Shown in pieces: positions 18,692 to 27,394 of a DNA stretch of 64,000 nucleotides. Location of the stretch: positions 1,292 through 65,291 of the forward strand of contig JBJHDK010000002.1 of assembly GCA_050486505.1 (NCBI GenBank), read 5' to 3'. Each line of letters starts with the position of its first letter. Within the stretch, counting starts at the first letter, position 1. The notes beneath the pieces were generated by a model. That model was not told the DNA's origin, did no database searches, and saw nothing but the letters and a program-made list of their open reading frames with translations. The translations under genes and the position numbers were made by a program. Origin of the DNA: Fibrobacteria bacterium. GTDB taxonomy: Bacteria; Fibrobacterota; Fibrobacteria; UBA11236.

Positions 18692-18719
18692 GTAGGGGCA
18701 AATAATCATTTGCCCCTAC
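18692..18719. repeat. 28-bp palindrome copy 1 (GTAGGGGCAAATAATCATTTGCCCCTAC), extended by flanking GGGCGGGC/GCCCGCCC
   Basis: Read directly; lies in the btuB 5' leader between the riboswitch aptamer and the start codon; near-identical copy at 62963-62990. Confidence 0.8.
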
Positions 18720-18804
18720 ATCGCCCGCCCTCGTCCCGAAGAGCAGCGCGTGAACCCGCAGGTGAGTCTTCTGGCTTGCGGCGGGAACCCCTGTTGGGGG
18801 GATC

Positions 18805-18985
18805 CGGAAGTCTTCCGCCTTCCCGCCCGGCGCCCCGTTCCCCGAAGGGGGGGGATGGCCTGGACAGTGGCTGGCGCGCGCAGTTGCGGGCGCCGGGAAA
18901 ACATCAACCGCTTACAGCGACGAGCTCGCTCCCGATTCGCACGGGATTCCTCGTTATGCCCTTCCGAACCGTTCGGAGGGCTCCC
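18805..18985 (-). ncRNA. Cobalamin (adenosylcobalamin) riboswitch
   Basis: The minus strand reads ...AGGAATCCCGTGCGAATCGGGAGC...GCTGTAAGCGG...GCAACTG...GCCACTG...GGGAAGGC. This matches E. coli btuB leader blocks (AGGGAAUCCAGUGCGAAUCUGGAGCUGAC...GCAGCGGUAAGG) plus the B12 box GCCACTG and GGGAAGGC. Sits upstream of a TonB receptor. Confidence 0.8.
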
Positions 18986-19107
18986 TGTGAGCGAATGGAA
19001 TAGTAGTCAATGCGGATAGCGGGGCGTCAAACGGGCGACCCCACGGGTCGCCCGTACATGAATCGATGCCGAAGGAATGTAGGGCCGAGCCGCTGGCTCG
19101 CCCGAAA

Positions 19108-20655
19108 TCAACGTGCCCGCAGCGCCCGCAGGTCTGACCGCCCCTGATGCTGGATCATGAACGCGATCTGCTCGCCGGCCTCCATCTCCCGAATCGCGTT
19201 CGAAAGCTGGCGCGCGTCGCGGACCGGACGGAAGTTGGGATCCTGACGCCGCTTGAAATGCGTGATCAGCATTCCCTCGCGCAAGCCGTTCTCGGCGGCG
19301 GAAGAGCCGTCCATGACTTCCAGAACGACCACGCCCGCTGCTTCGGGCGCGAGGTTGAAACGCTGGCGCGACGTCGCGTCGGGGGCGTCGAATCTCATCC
19401 CGAGCTTGCCCGAACTATAGCCGCCCCGGGTATCCTCCCCTTCAGGTAAGGACGGCCCGTCGACATCATCTCCTTCCTCGCCAGGTCTCGCCCCGATCTT
19501 CGCGTTGATGCGCGTCTTTTTTCCATCGCGCCAAAGCTCGACAGGATAGCTCTCATTCGGGCGCAGATCCGCGACGAGGTTGCGCAGGTGGGACGCGTCC
19601 TGGATCTCCGACCCGTCGATGGTGAGAATGATGTCGCCCGTGCGGATGCCGGCGCGCGCCGCCGGCGAGTTCGGAACGACCTCGCGCACGAGGGCACCGT
19701 GCAGCCGCTCGAGGCCGAGCGCCCCGGCGAGGTTCTCGTCGACGTTGTCGATGGCGACGCCGAGGTACCCGCGCGTCACGCGACCGTCGTAGATCAGGTC
19801 CTCGGCGACCTTGATCGCCATGTTGATGGGAATCGCGAAGCTGACGCCCATGTAGCCGCCGGTTCGCGTGTAAATGGCGGAGTTGATGCCCACGACCTCG
19901 CCGCGCAGGTTGACCAAGGGGCCGCCGGAGTTTCCGGGGTTCACCGCCGCATCGGTCTGGATGAAGTTCTGGTAGGAATCCGGGCCGCCGATGCGGTCGC
20001 GGCGCCCCTTCGCAGACACGATGCCCGCGGTCACGGTGTTCTGGAGGGCGAAGGGGTTGCCGATGGCCAGCACGCGCTCGCCGATGCGGACCTTGTCAGC
20101 GTCGCCGAATGCCAGTGGGTGGAGTTCGCCGCGCGGCGCATCGATCTTCAGCACGGCAACGTCGGTCTGGCGATCGATCCCCACGATGCGCGCTTCGTAG
20201 CTCTTGCGGTTGGGAAAGCCGACCTTCACGATGTCGGCGCCCTCGAGGACGTGCGCATTGGTAAACACGTATCCGTCACGGGAAACCACGAAACCCGAGC
20301 CGCCGCCCAGCGGGATGTTGCGGCCCGGTGCGCGTTCCTCCGGCATGCGGGGCTGGGGAATTCCGAAGAAGTCGAAGAACGGGTTGTGTTGCTGGCGTTG
20401 CTGTTGCGGCGTCCAGCGCCGCTCCGTGGTGATCGAGACCACGCCCGGCGTGACCGCATCGACGACCTTGACATAGAGATCGTTGTACTCGTTCACCCGC
20501 CGGGGGTCGGTCTGGGCCAAAGCCCCCTTGCCCAGCTCCACGCTGCCGCGGGCAGGGCGGGCGTCCTTGTCGCCTTGTGCCACGGCACAGGTTGCGGCAA
20601 AGACCACGCCGGCAAGCCCCAATGCTACGCGTCTCGTCCAATTCGGCTGAAACAT
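19108..20655 (-). CDS. Periplasmic serine endoprotease, DegP/HtrA (Do) family, two PDZ domains
   Basis: Signal peptide; catalytic blocks TNAHV, GNSGGPLVN; two PDZ-like regions. Confidence 0.9.
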   Translation of the reverse strand: MFQPNWTRRVALGLAGVVFAATCAVAQGDKDARPARGSVELGKGALAQTDPRRVNEYNDLYVKVVDAVTPGVVSITTERRWTPQQQRQQHNPFFDFFGIPQPRMPEERAPGRNIPLGGGSGFVVSRDGYVFTNAHVLEGADIVKVGFPNRKSYEARIVGIDRQTDVAVLKIDAPRGELHPLAFGDADKVRIGERVLAIGNPFALQNTVTAGIVSAKGRRDRIGGPDSYQNFIQTDAAVNPGNSGGPLVNLRGEVVGINSAIYTRTGGYMGVSFAIPINMAIKVAEDLIYDGRVTRGYLGVAIDNVDENLAGALGLERLHGALVREVVPNSPAARAGIRTGDIILTIDGSEIQDASHLRNLVADLRPNESYPVELWRDGKKTRINAKIGARPGEEGDDVDGPSLPEGEDTRGGYSSGKLGMRFDAPDATSRQRFNLAPEAAGVVVLEVMDGSSAAENGLREGMLITHFKRRQDPNFRPVRDARQLSNAIREMEAGEQIAFMIQHQGRSDLRALRAR

Positions 20656-20814
20656 GGCGAATCCTTTCGTGAATCGCCCGATATTTTACAAAGCCGGGCC
20701 GGATTTTCCATGAATCCGCCCGTTCCGGGGCGTGGCCCGTCCGATCGGAAGGCCATTCCCGGAGGGCCCTTTAGCTACCTTTGCCGTCCCAAAACCAACT
20801 TCAAAGGAACAAGC

Positions 20815-22233
20815 ATGGCACAAGCGGACATCGGACTCATCGGCCTCGCGGTGATGGGTGAAAACCTCGTCCTCAACATGGAAAGCCGGGGCTACACGGT
20901 TGCAGTCTACAACCGCACCACCTCCAAGGTGGATGATCTCGTCAATGGACGCGGCAAGGGAAAGAAGCTCGTGGGCGCTCACTCCATCGAGGAGTTCGTC
21001 GGATCCCTCAAGTCGCCCCGCAAGATCATGATGATGGTCAAGGCCGGTCCCGCCGTGGATGCTCTCATCGAGCAACTCATCCCCCATCTCGACAAGGGCG
21101 ACATCCTCATCGACGGCGGCAACAGCTACTTCCCCGACAGCATCCGCCGCACGAAGGATCTTGAGGCCAAGGGCTTCCGTTTCCTGGGCGTGGGTGTCTC
21201 CGGCGGCGAAGAAGGCGCCCTGAAGGGGCCCTCCATCATGCCGGGCGGTTCGGACAGCGCGTGGGAAGATGTCCGCCCGATTTTCCAGGCCATCGCCGCC
21301 AAGGTCGGCCCCAAGGCCGACATCCCCTGCTGCGAATGGGTCGGCGCCGACGGCGCAGGCCACTATGTGAAGATGGTGCACAACGGCATCGAGTACGGCG
21401 ACATGCAGCTGATCTGCGAGGCCTACGCGATGATGAAGCACCTGCTGGGCATGACCCCGCCCGAGATGGCCGAGGTCTTCACCAAGTGGAACGAGGGGCC
21501 CCTGGACTCCTACCTCATCGAAATCACCCGCGACATCCTGAAGAAGAAGGATCCCGAGAGCGGCAAGTGGATGGTGGACGTTATCCTCGACAAGGCCGGC
21601 CAGAAGGGCACAGGCAAGTGGACCTCGCAGAACGCCCTCGACCTCGGCATTCCCATCCCCACCATGATGGAAGCCGTCGTGGCCCGCAGCCTCTCCGCGC
21701 TCAAGGACGAGCGCGTCGCCGCCGGCCGCCGCTTCGCCGCGCCCGCGCTGCGCACCCCCGAGGATCGCGAGAAATTCCTGCAGGCGATTCACGACGCGCT
21801 CTACGCCTCCAAGATCATGTCGTACGCGCAGGGTTTCCAGCTGCTGCGCGCCGCGGCGACGGAGTACAAGTGGGATCTCAACTACGGTTCGGTCGCCCTG
21901 CTTTGGCGCGGCGGCTGCATCATCCGTGCCCGCTTCCTCGAGGAGATCAAAAAGGCCTTCGACGCCGAGCCGGGCCTCAAGAACCTGATCCTTGCGCCGT
22001 ACTTCACCGACGTGATCCAGAAAAGCGAGTCGAACTGGCGGCGCGCCGTTTCCGAGGCGGTGCTCTCGGGCATCGCGGTACCCGCATTCACCTCCGCGCT
22101 GGCCTACTACGACGGTTACCGCAGCCCCGAACTCCCGGCGAACCTGCTCCAGGCGCAGCGCGACTACTTCGGCGCGCACACCTACGAGCGCATCGACAAG
22201 CCCGGATCCTTCCACACGGAGTGGCTGGGGTAA
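20815..22233 (+). CDS. gnd: 6-phosphogluconate dehydrogenase (decarboxylating)
   Basis: GLIGLAVMGENLVLN Rossmann N-terminus; full-length 473 aa with conserved Gnd blocks; start at internal ATG of the 881-aa track ORF. Confidence 0.95.
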   Translation: MAQADIGLIGLAVMGENLVLNMESRGYTVAVYNRTTSKVDDLVNGRGKGKKLVGAHSIEEFVGSLKSPRKIMMMVKAGPAVDALIEQLIPHLDKGDILIDGGNSYFPDSIRRTKDLEAKGFRFLGVGVSGGEEGALKGPSIMPGGSDSAWEDVRPIFQAIAAKVGPKADIPCCEWVGADGAGHYVKMVHNGIEYGDMQLICEAYAMMKHLLGMTPPEMAEVFTKWNEGPLDSYLIEITRDILKKKDPESGKWMVDVILDKAGQKGTGKWTSQNALDLGIPIPTMMEAVVARSLSALKDERVAAGRRFAAPALRTPEDREKFLQAIHDALYASKIMSYAQGFQLLRAAATEYKWDLNYGSVALLWRGGCIIRARFLEEIKKAFDAEPGLKNLILAPYFTDVIQKSESNWRRAVSEAVLSGIAVPAFTSALAYYDGYRSPELPANLLQAQRDYFGAHTYERIDKPGSFHTEWLG

Positions 22234-22269
22234 TCCCCCGGCGCCCCAAGGGGGAGCGGGAAATTTTCA

Positions 22270-22300
22270 AGGGCGTCCCGATGGGACGCCCTTTTCGTTT
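22270..22300 (+). terminator. Rho-independent terminator of gnd
   Basis: GGGCGTCCC gat GGGACGCCC followed by TTTTCGTTTC. Confidence 0.85.
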
Positions 22301-22425
22301 CATCGTGCCCAAGACAAGCAAGCGCGACCTGGGTATCGTGCCCGTTCATCTCGCTGGAGGGGGCCATCCTTCTTTAGTGCGCGGACTCATCCGCGATGAT
22401 TTCGCACTTCGCGCTTCCCGCTTCT

Positions 22426-24276
22426 CTATTCGGAAAACCGCACCCGCAAAAGCCCTGCGCGCAGCTGCACGGGGATCCCGACGCGGGTTTCGCCATCCGC
22501 GCGCAGGGCGGCATGGAGGCGGCGCCCCTGAAGGTCGAAGAGCTCGACCCTGCGCATTCCCTGCGGCCACGCCAGATCGCCCCCCCGATGCACATGCAGG
22601 AAGCCCTGCACCTGGCGTTCGCGCATCTCCGTTGCGGTACGCCGCACGCTCACCGGCAGACAGCTTCCGGTATATTCGATCCGGGCGATGCGGGTGGCAT
22701 TCGAGGACTGGAAGAATCCGGCCGCGTAATGCGCCACGTACAACGCCCCATCGTGGGGGCCGACCTGGATGTCGATCATCCCGACCGCGCCCGAAGGCCT
22801 GAACGTCGCCGCAAAGCCGGGGAAATCCTCGACCGAAACGACCTCCGTCCCCGAATCATTGAGGGTGACGAGCTTGACCCAGTTCCGGGCGTTCTCGAAA
22901 ATCAACCACTTGCCGTCGAGATGAGGCGGCATCTTGACCAACGACGCAAGCGTTCCCTTGTAGCGCAGCATCGGGCCGCTGAATGCCGACGTGTTGCTGA
23001 CGGTCCCGAAACCGTAAGCGGGATTGTTCTGGCCGCTGTTCCTCGAGATCGGCAAGATGGACGGCTCCGCCGGGGTCAGGCGCGTGACGCCCGTGTTCAG
23101 GGGAGAGTTGTTGAACACGCTGTCCGGATTCTGCGGGGGAAGGCTGTAGCTCGAGCTTGCCGGGTTCCACATGGCGTAGCCACGGTTCGGCCCGACGAAA
23201 TAAGGCCAGCCGTGAAACCCCGGGCCGCGGACGACATTGAACTCATCGTTTCCGACCGGACCACGCGATGCGGTGGTGGAGACGTTGTCGGGACCGACAT
23301 CTCCGTAGAACAGCCAGCCCGTCTCCTTGTCCACGTGCAGGCTGTAGGGGTTGCGATGCCCCAGCGTGTAGATCTCGGGAAGGATCTTCGTCGTGTCTTC
23401 GCCCGCGACCCATGCCCCGCCAAGCTGCCGGTAAACGTCGCGATAATTCCCCGGAGGAATGGAGTAGCCCTTTTCGGAACCATCGGGCTTGATGCGGAAG
23501 ATCTTGCCGCGCCAGTCCATGGTGTTGGTCACCGCCGCCTGGTTGTCCTGCGTCGGGTTGTTCGAGTTCATGGGCGCGAAGTTGTCGGAGTTCTCGACGT
23601 TGTTGCCTGTGCTGAAGTACAGGTTGCCGTCGGCATCCCAGCTCATGGCGCCGCCCTGATGACAGCAAATGCCCATGCTCCACGGCATGTCGATGAGCAC
23701 CTTCTCGCTGGCCGGGTCGAAGTCTCCATTGGGTAGCACGGTGAAGCGTGAAAGGCGGTTGAGCTCGCCGAGCGCCACGCGGGGGTTGTAGATCACGTAG
23801 GCTTGGCGGTTGGTTTCGAAGTCGGGATCGAATGTGACGTAGCGAAGCCCGTACTCGCGGCTGTTGCCGGCGAGCTGCCCGGTGCCGAGCCCGGTGGACA
23901 CTTCGAGGGTCAGCACGGTGCGCGCCGTGTTGGTGGCGGGATCGAACGCCCTGATGCGCCCGGTGGTGTTGTTCGTCGAATTCGTCAAGGTCGTGCGCCG
24001 CTCGGTCCAGTACACCGTGCCGTCGGTGTGCACGTGCAGGCCCACCGGTTCGATCATGTTCGGATCGTGGACGATCGCATTCTGGTTCGCCCCGCGCGCA
24101 ACCAGCACCACCTCGCGAAAATCCGAAGGTGCAAGATCGGGGCACCCGGGCCATGTCAGGGCGCCATGCGACAGGCCGACCCCGGCCCCTGCGAACAGCA
24201 CGGCGGAAACGAGGGGATAAATGGGGGGACGGGTGGGCATGAGTGCTCCGGACGGAGGTGAATGAAGTGTTTTCAT
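22426..24276 (-). CDS. PQQ-dependent (soluble glucose/sorbosone dehydrogenase-like) beta-propeller oxidoreductase with C-terminal extension
   Basis: Signal peptide after internal Met MKTLHSPP; the GHRNP motif characteristic of the SGDH/YliI family; about 616 aa. Confidence 0.65.
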   Translation of the reverse strand: MKTLHSPPSGALMPTRPPIYPLVSAVLFAGAGVGLSHGALTWPGCPDLAPSDFREVVLVARGANQNAIVHDPNMIEPVGLHVHTDGTVYWTERRTTLTNSTNNTTGRIRAFDPATNTARTVLTLEVSTGLGTGQLAGNSREYGLRYVTFDPDFETNRQAYVIYNPRVALGELNRLSRFTVLPNGDFDPASEKVLIDMPWSMGICCHQGGAMSWDADGNLYFSTGNNVENSDNFAPMNSNNPTQDNQAAVTNTMDWRGKIFRIKPDGSEKGYSIPPGNYRDVYRQLGGAWVAGEDTTKILPEIYTLGHRNPYSLHVDKETGWLFYGDVGPDNVSTTASRGPVGNDEFNVVRGPGFHGWPYFVGPNRGYAMWNPASSSYSLPPQNPDSVFNNSPLNTGVTRLTPAEPSILPISRNSGQNNPAYGFGTVSNTSAFSGPMLRYKGTLASLVKMPPHLDGKWLIFENARNWVKLVTLNDSGTEVVSVEDFPGFAATFRPSGAVGMIDIQVGPHDGALYVAHYAAGFFQSSNATRIARIEYTGSCLPVSVRRTATEMRERQVQGFLHVHRGGDLAWPQGMRRVELFDLQGRRLHAALRADGETRVGIPVQLRAGLLRVRFSE

Positions 24277-24486
24277 TGTAACACGAAACCGCTTCGTTCG
24301 CCTTCCGTTTTCACGGAATCGGAACCCCGGGGGCAAAACTGCCGGAGATCGGGCCGAAAACCGTCCTCCCGTCCGCCTCCCTGATTGATTCTGCCCGCCG
24401 GTCTAGGTAAGTTTCCCCGACAGCAAGGGGATACGCCGGCCCGGGACTTTTCACCCCGGAGCGCCCGATCCTCCGGAGACCGCCGC

Positions 24487-26058
24487 ATGAAAGTCCTCTT
24501 CCTGAACCCTCCCTATTTCCCGATGTTTTCACGGGAATCCCGCAGCCCGAGCGTGACCAAGTCCAGCACCCTGTACTGGCCCATGTTCATGTGCTACGCC
24601 GCAGGTTGCGTCGAGGAGGACGGGAACGAATTGCTGGTGCTCGACTCCCCGGCCATGGACCTGGATCTCGCCGCCACGCTCGAAAAGGTGAAGGCCTTCA
24701 AGCCCGACTTTGCCGTCCTGAACACCTCGACACCCTCCATCAACAACGACATGCGCGTCGGCAAGGCGATCAAGGAAGCCGTGGGATGCCCCATTGCCAT
24801 GATGGGAACGCACGCCACCGCAGAACCGATCGAGATCCTCGAGCGCGAGCCCGCCATCGACTACGTCATCATGGGCGAGGCGGACTACACCGCCCGTGAG
24901 CTGGTGCGGCACCTGCGCGGCGACGGTCCCGACGCGATCGCGAAGGTCGCGGGAATCGCCTACCGCACGGGGGACGACTTCCATAAAACCCCCGAGCGCC
25001 CGAAGATCGAGGATCTCGACTCCCTGCCGTGGGTCAGCAAGGTGTACCGCAAGCACCTGTTCTCCTGCTACAAGCGTTACTTCTACGGGGCGAACATCAA
25101 CCCCCTCATCGTCATCCTTTCGGGACGCGGGTGTCCGTTCCGCTGCACCTACTGCGTCATCCCCCAGACGTTGACCGGCCACACCTACCGCAAGCGCTCC
25201 ATCGGCGATGTCGTGGACGAACTGGAATACATCAAATCCGCGTTCCCGGATCTGGGCGAAGTGTTCTTCGAGGACGACACCTTCACGGCCCACCCCACCC
25301 GCACCGCCGAACTTTGCGACGAGATCGTCAGGCGCGGGTTGAAGATCACCTGGTCCGCCAACGCCCGCGCCGACGTGAAGCCGGATGTCTTGTTGAAGAT
25401 GAAGCAGGCAGGGTGCCGGGAACTCTGCGTGGGCTTCGAATCCTGTTCCACCGATGTGCTCAAGAACGTCAAGAAGGGTCTGGCCAACGGCATGTCGGAA
25501 CGCTTCATGGAAGGCGCCAACAAGGCGGGCATCCTCATCCACGGCTGCTTCATGGTGGGGAACCTCGGCGACACCCCGGAAACCCTGCAGGCCACGCTCG
25601 AGTTCGCGAAAAAACTGAACCCGAATACCGCACAGTTCTATCCCATCATGGCCTATCCCGGAACCTCCGCCTACGAAGAGGCACGGGCGCGCGGCGAACT
25701 CGCTTCCGAAGACTACGACAAATGGCTCGACAAGGACGGCCAGCACAACACCACCGTCATCCGCAAAGGGCTGACCTCGCAGCAGCTGGTTGATTTCTGC
25801 GACCGCGCGCGGCGCGAATTCTACCTCCGTCCCCGCTACGTGTGGAAGCAGGCGATGATGGCCCTGACCAACAGCCGCGAGCGCTACCGCGTCTTCCGCG
25901 GCGCGGGCACCCTCTTCCGGCATCTCTTCCGCAAGCACGGAGCGCCGCAGGCGGCCAGCGAATACTCCGGGCGCCCCAAGGAGCCCTCGGCCCGCGAATT
26001 GACGGCCGCCCAGAAGGTGTCCTCCACCGAACGGCAAACTGTTTCCACGGACGCGTGA
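24487..26058 (+). CDS. B12-binding-domain radical SAM protein (class B radical SAM)
   Basis: N-terminal cobalamin-binding-like domain, then CPFRCTYC (CX3CX2C) radical SAM cluster motif; 523 aa from the internal ATG of the track ORF. Confidence 0.85.
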   Translation: MKVLFLNPPYFPMFSRESRSPSVTKSSTLYWPMFMCYAAGCVEEDGNELLVLDSPAMDLDLAATLEKVKAFKPDFAVLNTSTPSINNDMRVGKAIKEAVGCPIAMMGTHATAEPIEILEREPAIDYVIMGEADYTARELVRHLRGDGPDAIAKVAGIAYRTGDDFHKTPERPKIEDLDSLPWVSKVYRKHLFSCYKRYFYGANINPLIVILSGRGCPFRCTYCVIPQTLTGHTYRKRSIGDVVDELEYIKSAFPDLGEVFFEDDTFTAHPTRTAELCDEIVRRGLKITWSANARADVKPDVLLKMKQAGCRELCVGFESCSTDVLKNVKKGLANGMSERFMEGANKAGILIHGCFMVGNLGDTPETLQATLEFAKKLNPNTAQFYPIMAYPGTSAYEEARARGELASEDYDKWLDKDGQHNTTVIRKGLTSQQLVDFCDRARREFYLRPRYVWKQAMMALTNSRERYRVFRGAGTLFRHLFRKHGAPQAASEYSGRPKEPSARELTAAQKVSSTERQTVSTDA

Positions 26059-26741
26059 ACGCCCCTCTGAGAATCGCCGTCCTCGCCTCGGGGGGCGGCT
26101 CCAACTTCCAGGCCCTTCTGGATCATGCCCGCGCCGGAGACCTCCCGGCGCGGTTCGTTTTCGTGGCATCCAACAACAGCAGGGCCGGAGCACTCGAGCG
26201 GGCAAGGTCCGCCGGGATTCCAGCCCACCACGTCAGTGCCCGCACCGAAGGATCGGAAGAGGCCGCCGTTGCGCGCCTCCTGTCCCTGCTCGACGCGCAT
26301 TCGCCGGACCTGCTGGTGCTCGCGGGCTTCATGAAAAAAGTCCCCGACGAGATTCTCGCCCGCATGAAAAACCGCGTGGTCAATATCCATCCGGCGCTGC
26401 TCCCCGAATTCGGAGGCGCGGGAATGTACGGCGCCCACGTGCACGAGGCCGTCGTGAACGCCGGCCGCAAGGAGTCGGGGATGACCGTGCACATGGTCAA
26501 CGGCGAATACGACAAGGGACAGGTCGTGCTGCAGCGCCGCGTCTCCCTTCCTTCCGGCGCCGACGCGGATGAAGCCGGCCGGCGCGTGCTCGCGCTGGAA
26601 CACGACAGCCTCTGGCGTGTTCTCAAAGGCTTCGCGGACGGCGACATCGTTCCCACGGAATACGATGATCCCGCACGGGCCGTCCGCATCAACCCCGATT
26701 GGGCGGCGCGCATGCAGGCGCTCGCCCCCCCCAACGCGTGA
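26055..26741 (+). CDS. purN: Phosphoribosylglycinamide formyltransferase
   Basis: LRIAVLASGGGSNFQAL N-terminus and conserved His/Asp region (HPALLP); GTG start overlapping the rSAM stop (GTGA). Confidence 0.8.
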   Translation: MNAPLRIAVLASGGGSNFQALLDHARAGDLPARFVFVASNNSRAGALERARSAGIPAHHVSARTEGSEEAAVARLLSLLDAHSPDLLVLAGFMKKVPDEILARMKNRVVNIHPALLPEFGGAGMYGAHVHEAVVNAGRKESGMTVHMVNGEYDKGQVVLQRRVSLPSGADADEAGRRVLALEHDSLWRVLKGFADGDIVPTEYDDPARAVRINPDWAARMQALAPPNA

Positions 26742-27394
26742 GAGCGGACCCCTGGCCCGCGCTGCTCGCGCACGATCTTGCCTTCGCGGCGCGCGGGCCC
26801 GTCTGCGGGATCGACGAAGTCGGGCGCGGCCCCCTCGCGGGAAACGTGGTGGCGGCCTGTGTCATTCTCGACCTCGGGAATGACGGGGGTTCCCTTCCCG
26901 GCCTGAACGACTCCAAACGGGTCTCTCCGGTGAAGCGCTCCCTTCTGGACGCGCGTATCCGGGAGACCGCCGTCGCGTTCTCCATCGGTGAAGCGACTCC
27001 CCGGGAAATCGACGACATCAACATCCTTCAGGCCACTTTTCTCGCCATGCGTCGCGCCATTGACGCCTTGCCGGTGCGCCCGGGCCTCCTCCTTGTGGAC
27101 GGGAACCAAATACTCCCAGGCATCGACATCCCGCAAGTCTCACTCGTCGGAGGCGACGGGCTCTCCGCCTCCATCGCCGCGGCGTCGATCCTTGCGAAGG
27201 TTGCCCGCGACCGGCAGCTCGAGCAGGCGGGGATGCAATGGCCGGGATACGGGTTCGAGCGGCACAAGGGTTATGGCACCGCCGAGCATCGCAAAGCACT
27301 CCTCCACCAAGGGTTCACGCCCCTGCACCGGAAGACATTCTGCAGCGCGATTCTGGATGCACGCGAATCACCGATCACGGAGGTTCCCCGATGA
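26738..27394 (+). CDS. rnhB: Ribonuclease HII
   Basis: GIDEVGRGPLAGNVV...DSK catalytic blocks; start uncertain (GTG 26738 overlapping the purN stop, or TTG 26699 as in the track). Confidence 0.8.
   Translation: MRADPWPALLAHDLAFAARGPVCGIDEVGRGPLAGNVVAACVILDLGNDGGSLPGLNDSKRVSPVKRSLLDARIRETAVAFSIGEATPREIDDINILQATFLAMRRAIDALPVRPGLLLVDGNQILPGIDIPQVSLVGGDGLSASIAAASILAKVARDRQLEQAGMQWPGYGFERHKGYGTAEHRKALLHQGFTPLHRKTFCSAILDARESPITEVPR

Noticed and set aside
20686-22215. 509-aa minus-strand ORF (and the 881-aa + ORF from 19588)
   Set aside because: The minus ORF is antisense to gnd. The + ORF only becomes protein-like at the internal ATG 20815, where Gnd begins with a proper Rossmann N-terminus; the upstream 400 codons overlap htrA in antisense.
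24529-26205. 558-aa minus-strand ORF
   Set aside because: Antisense to the B12-radical SAM gene, which carries the CX3CX2C motif.
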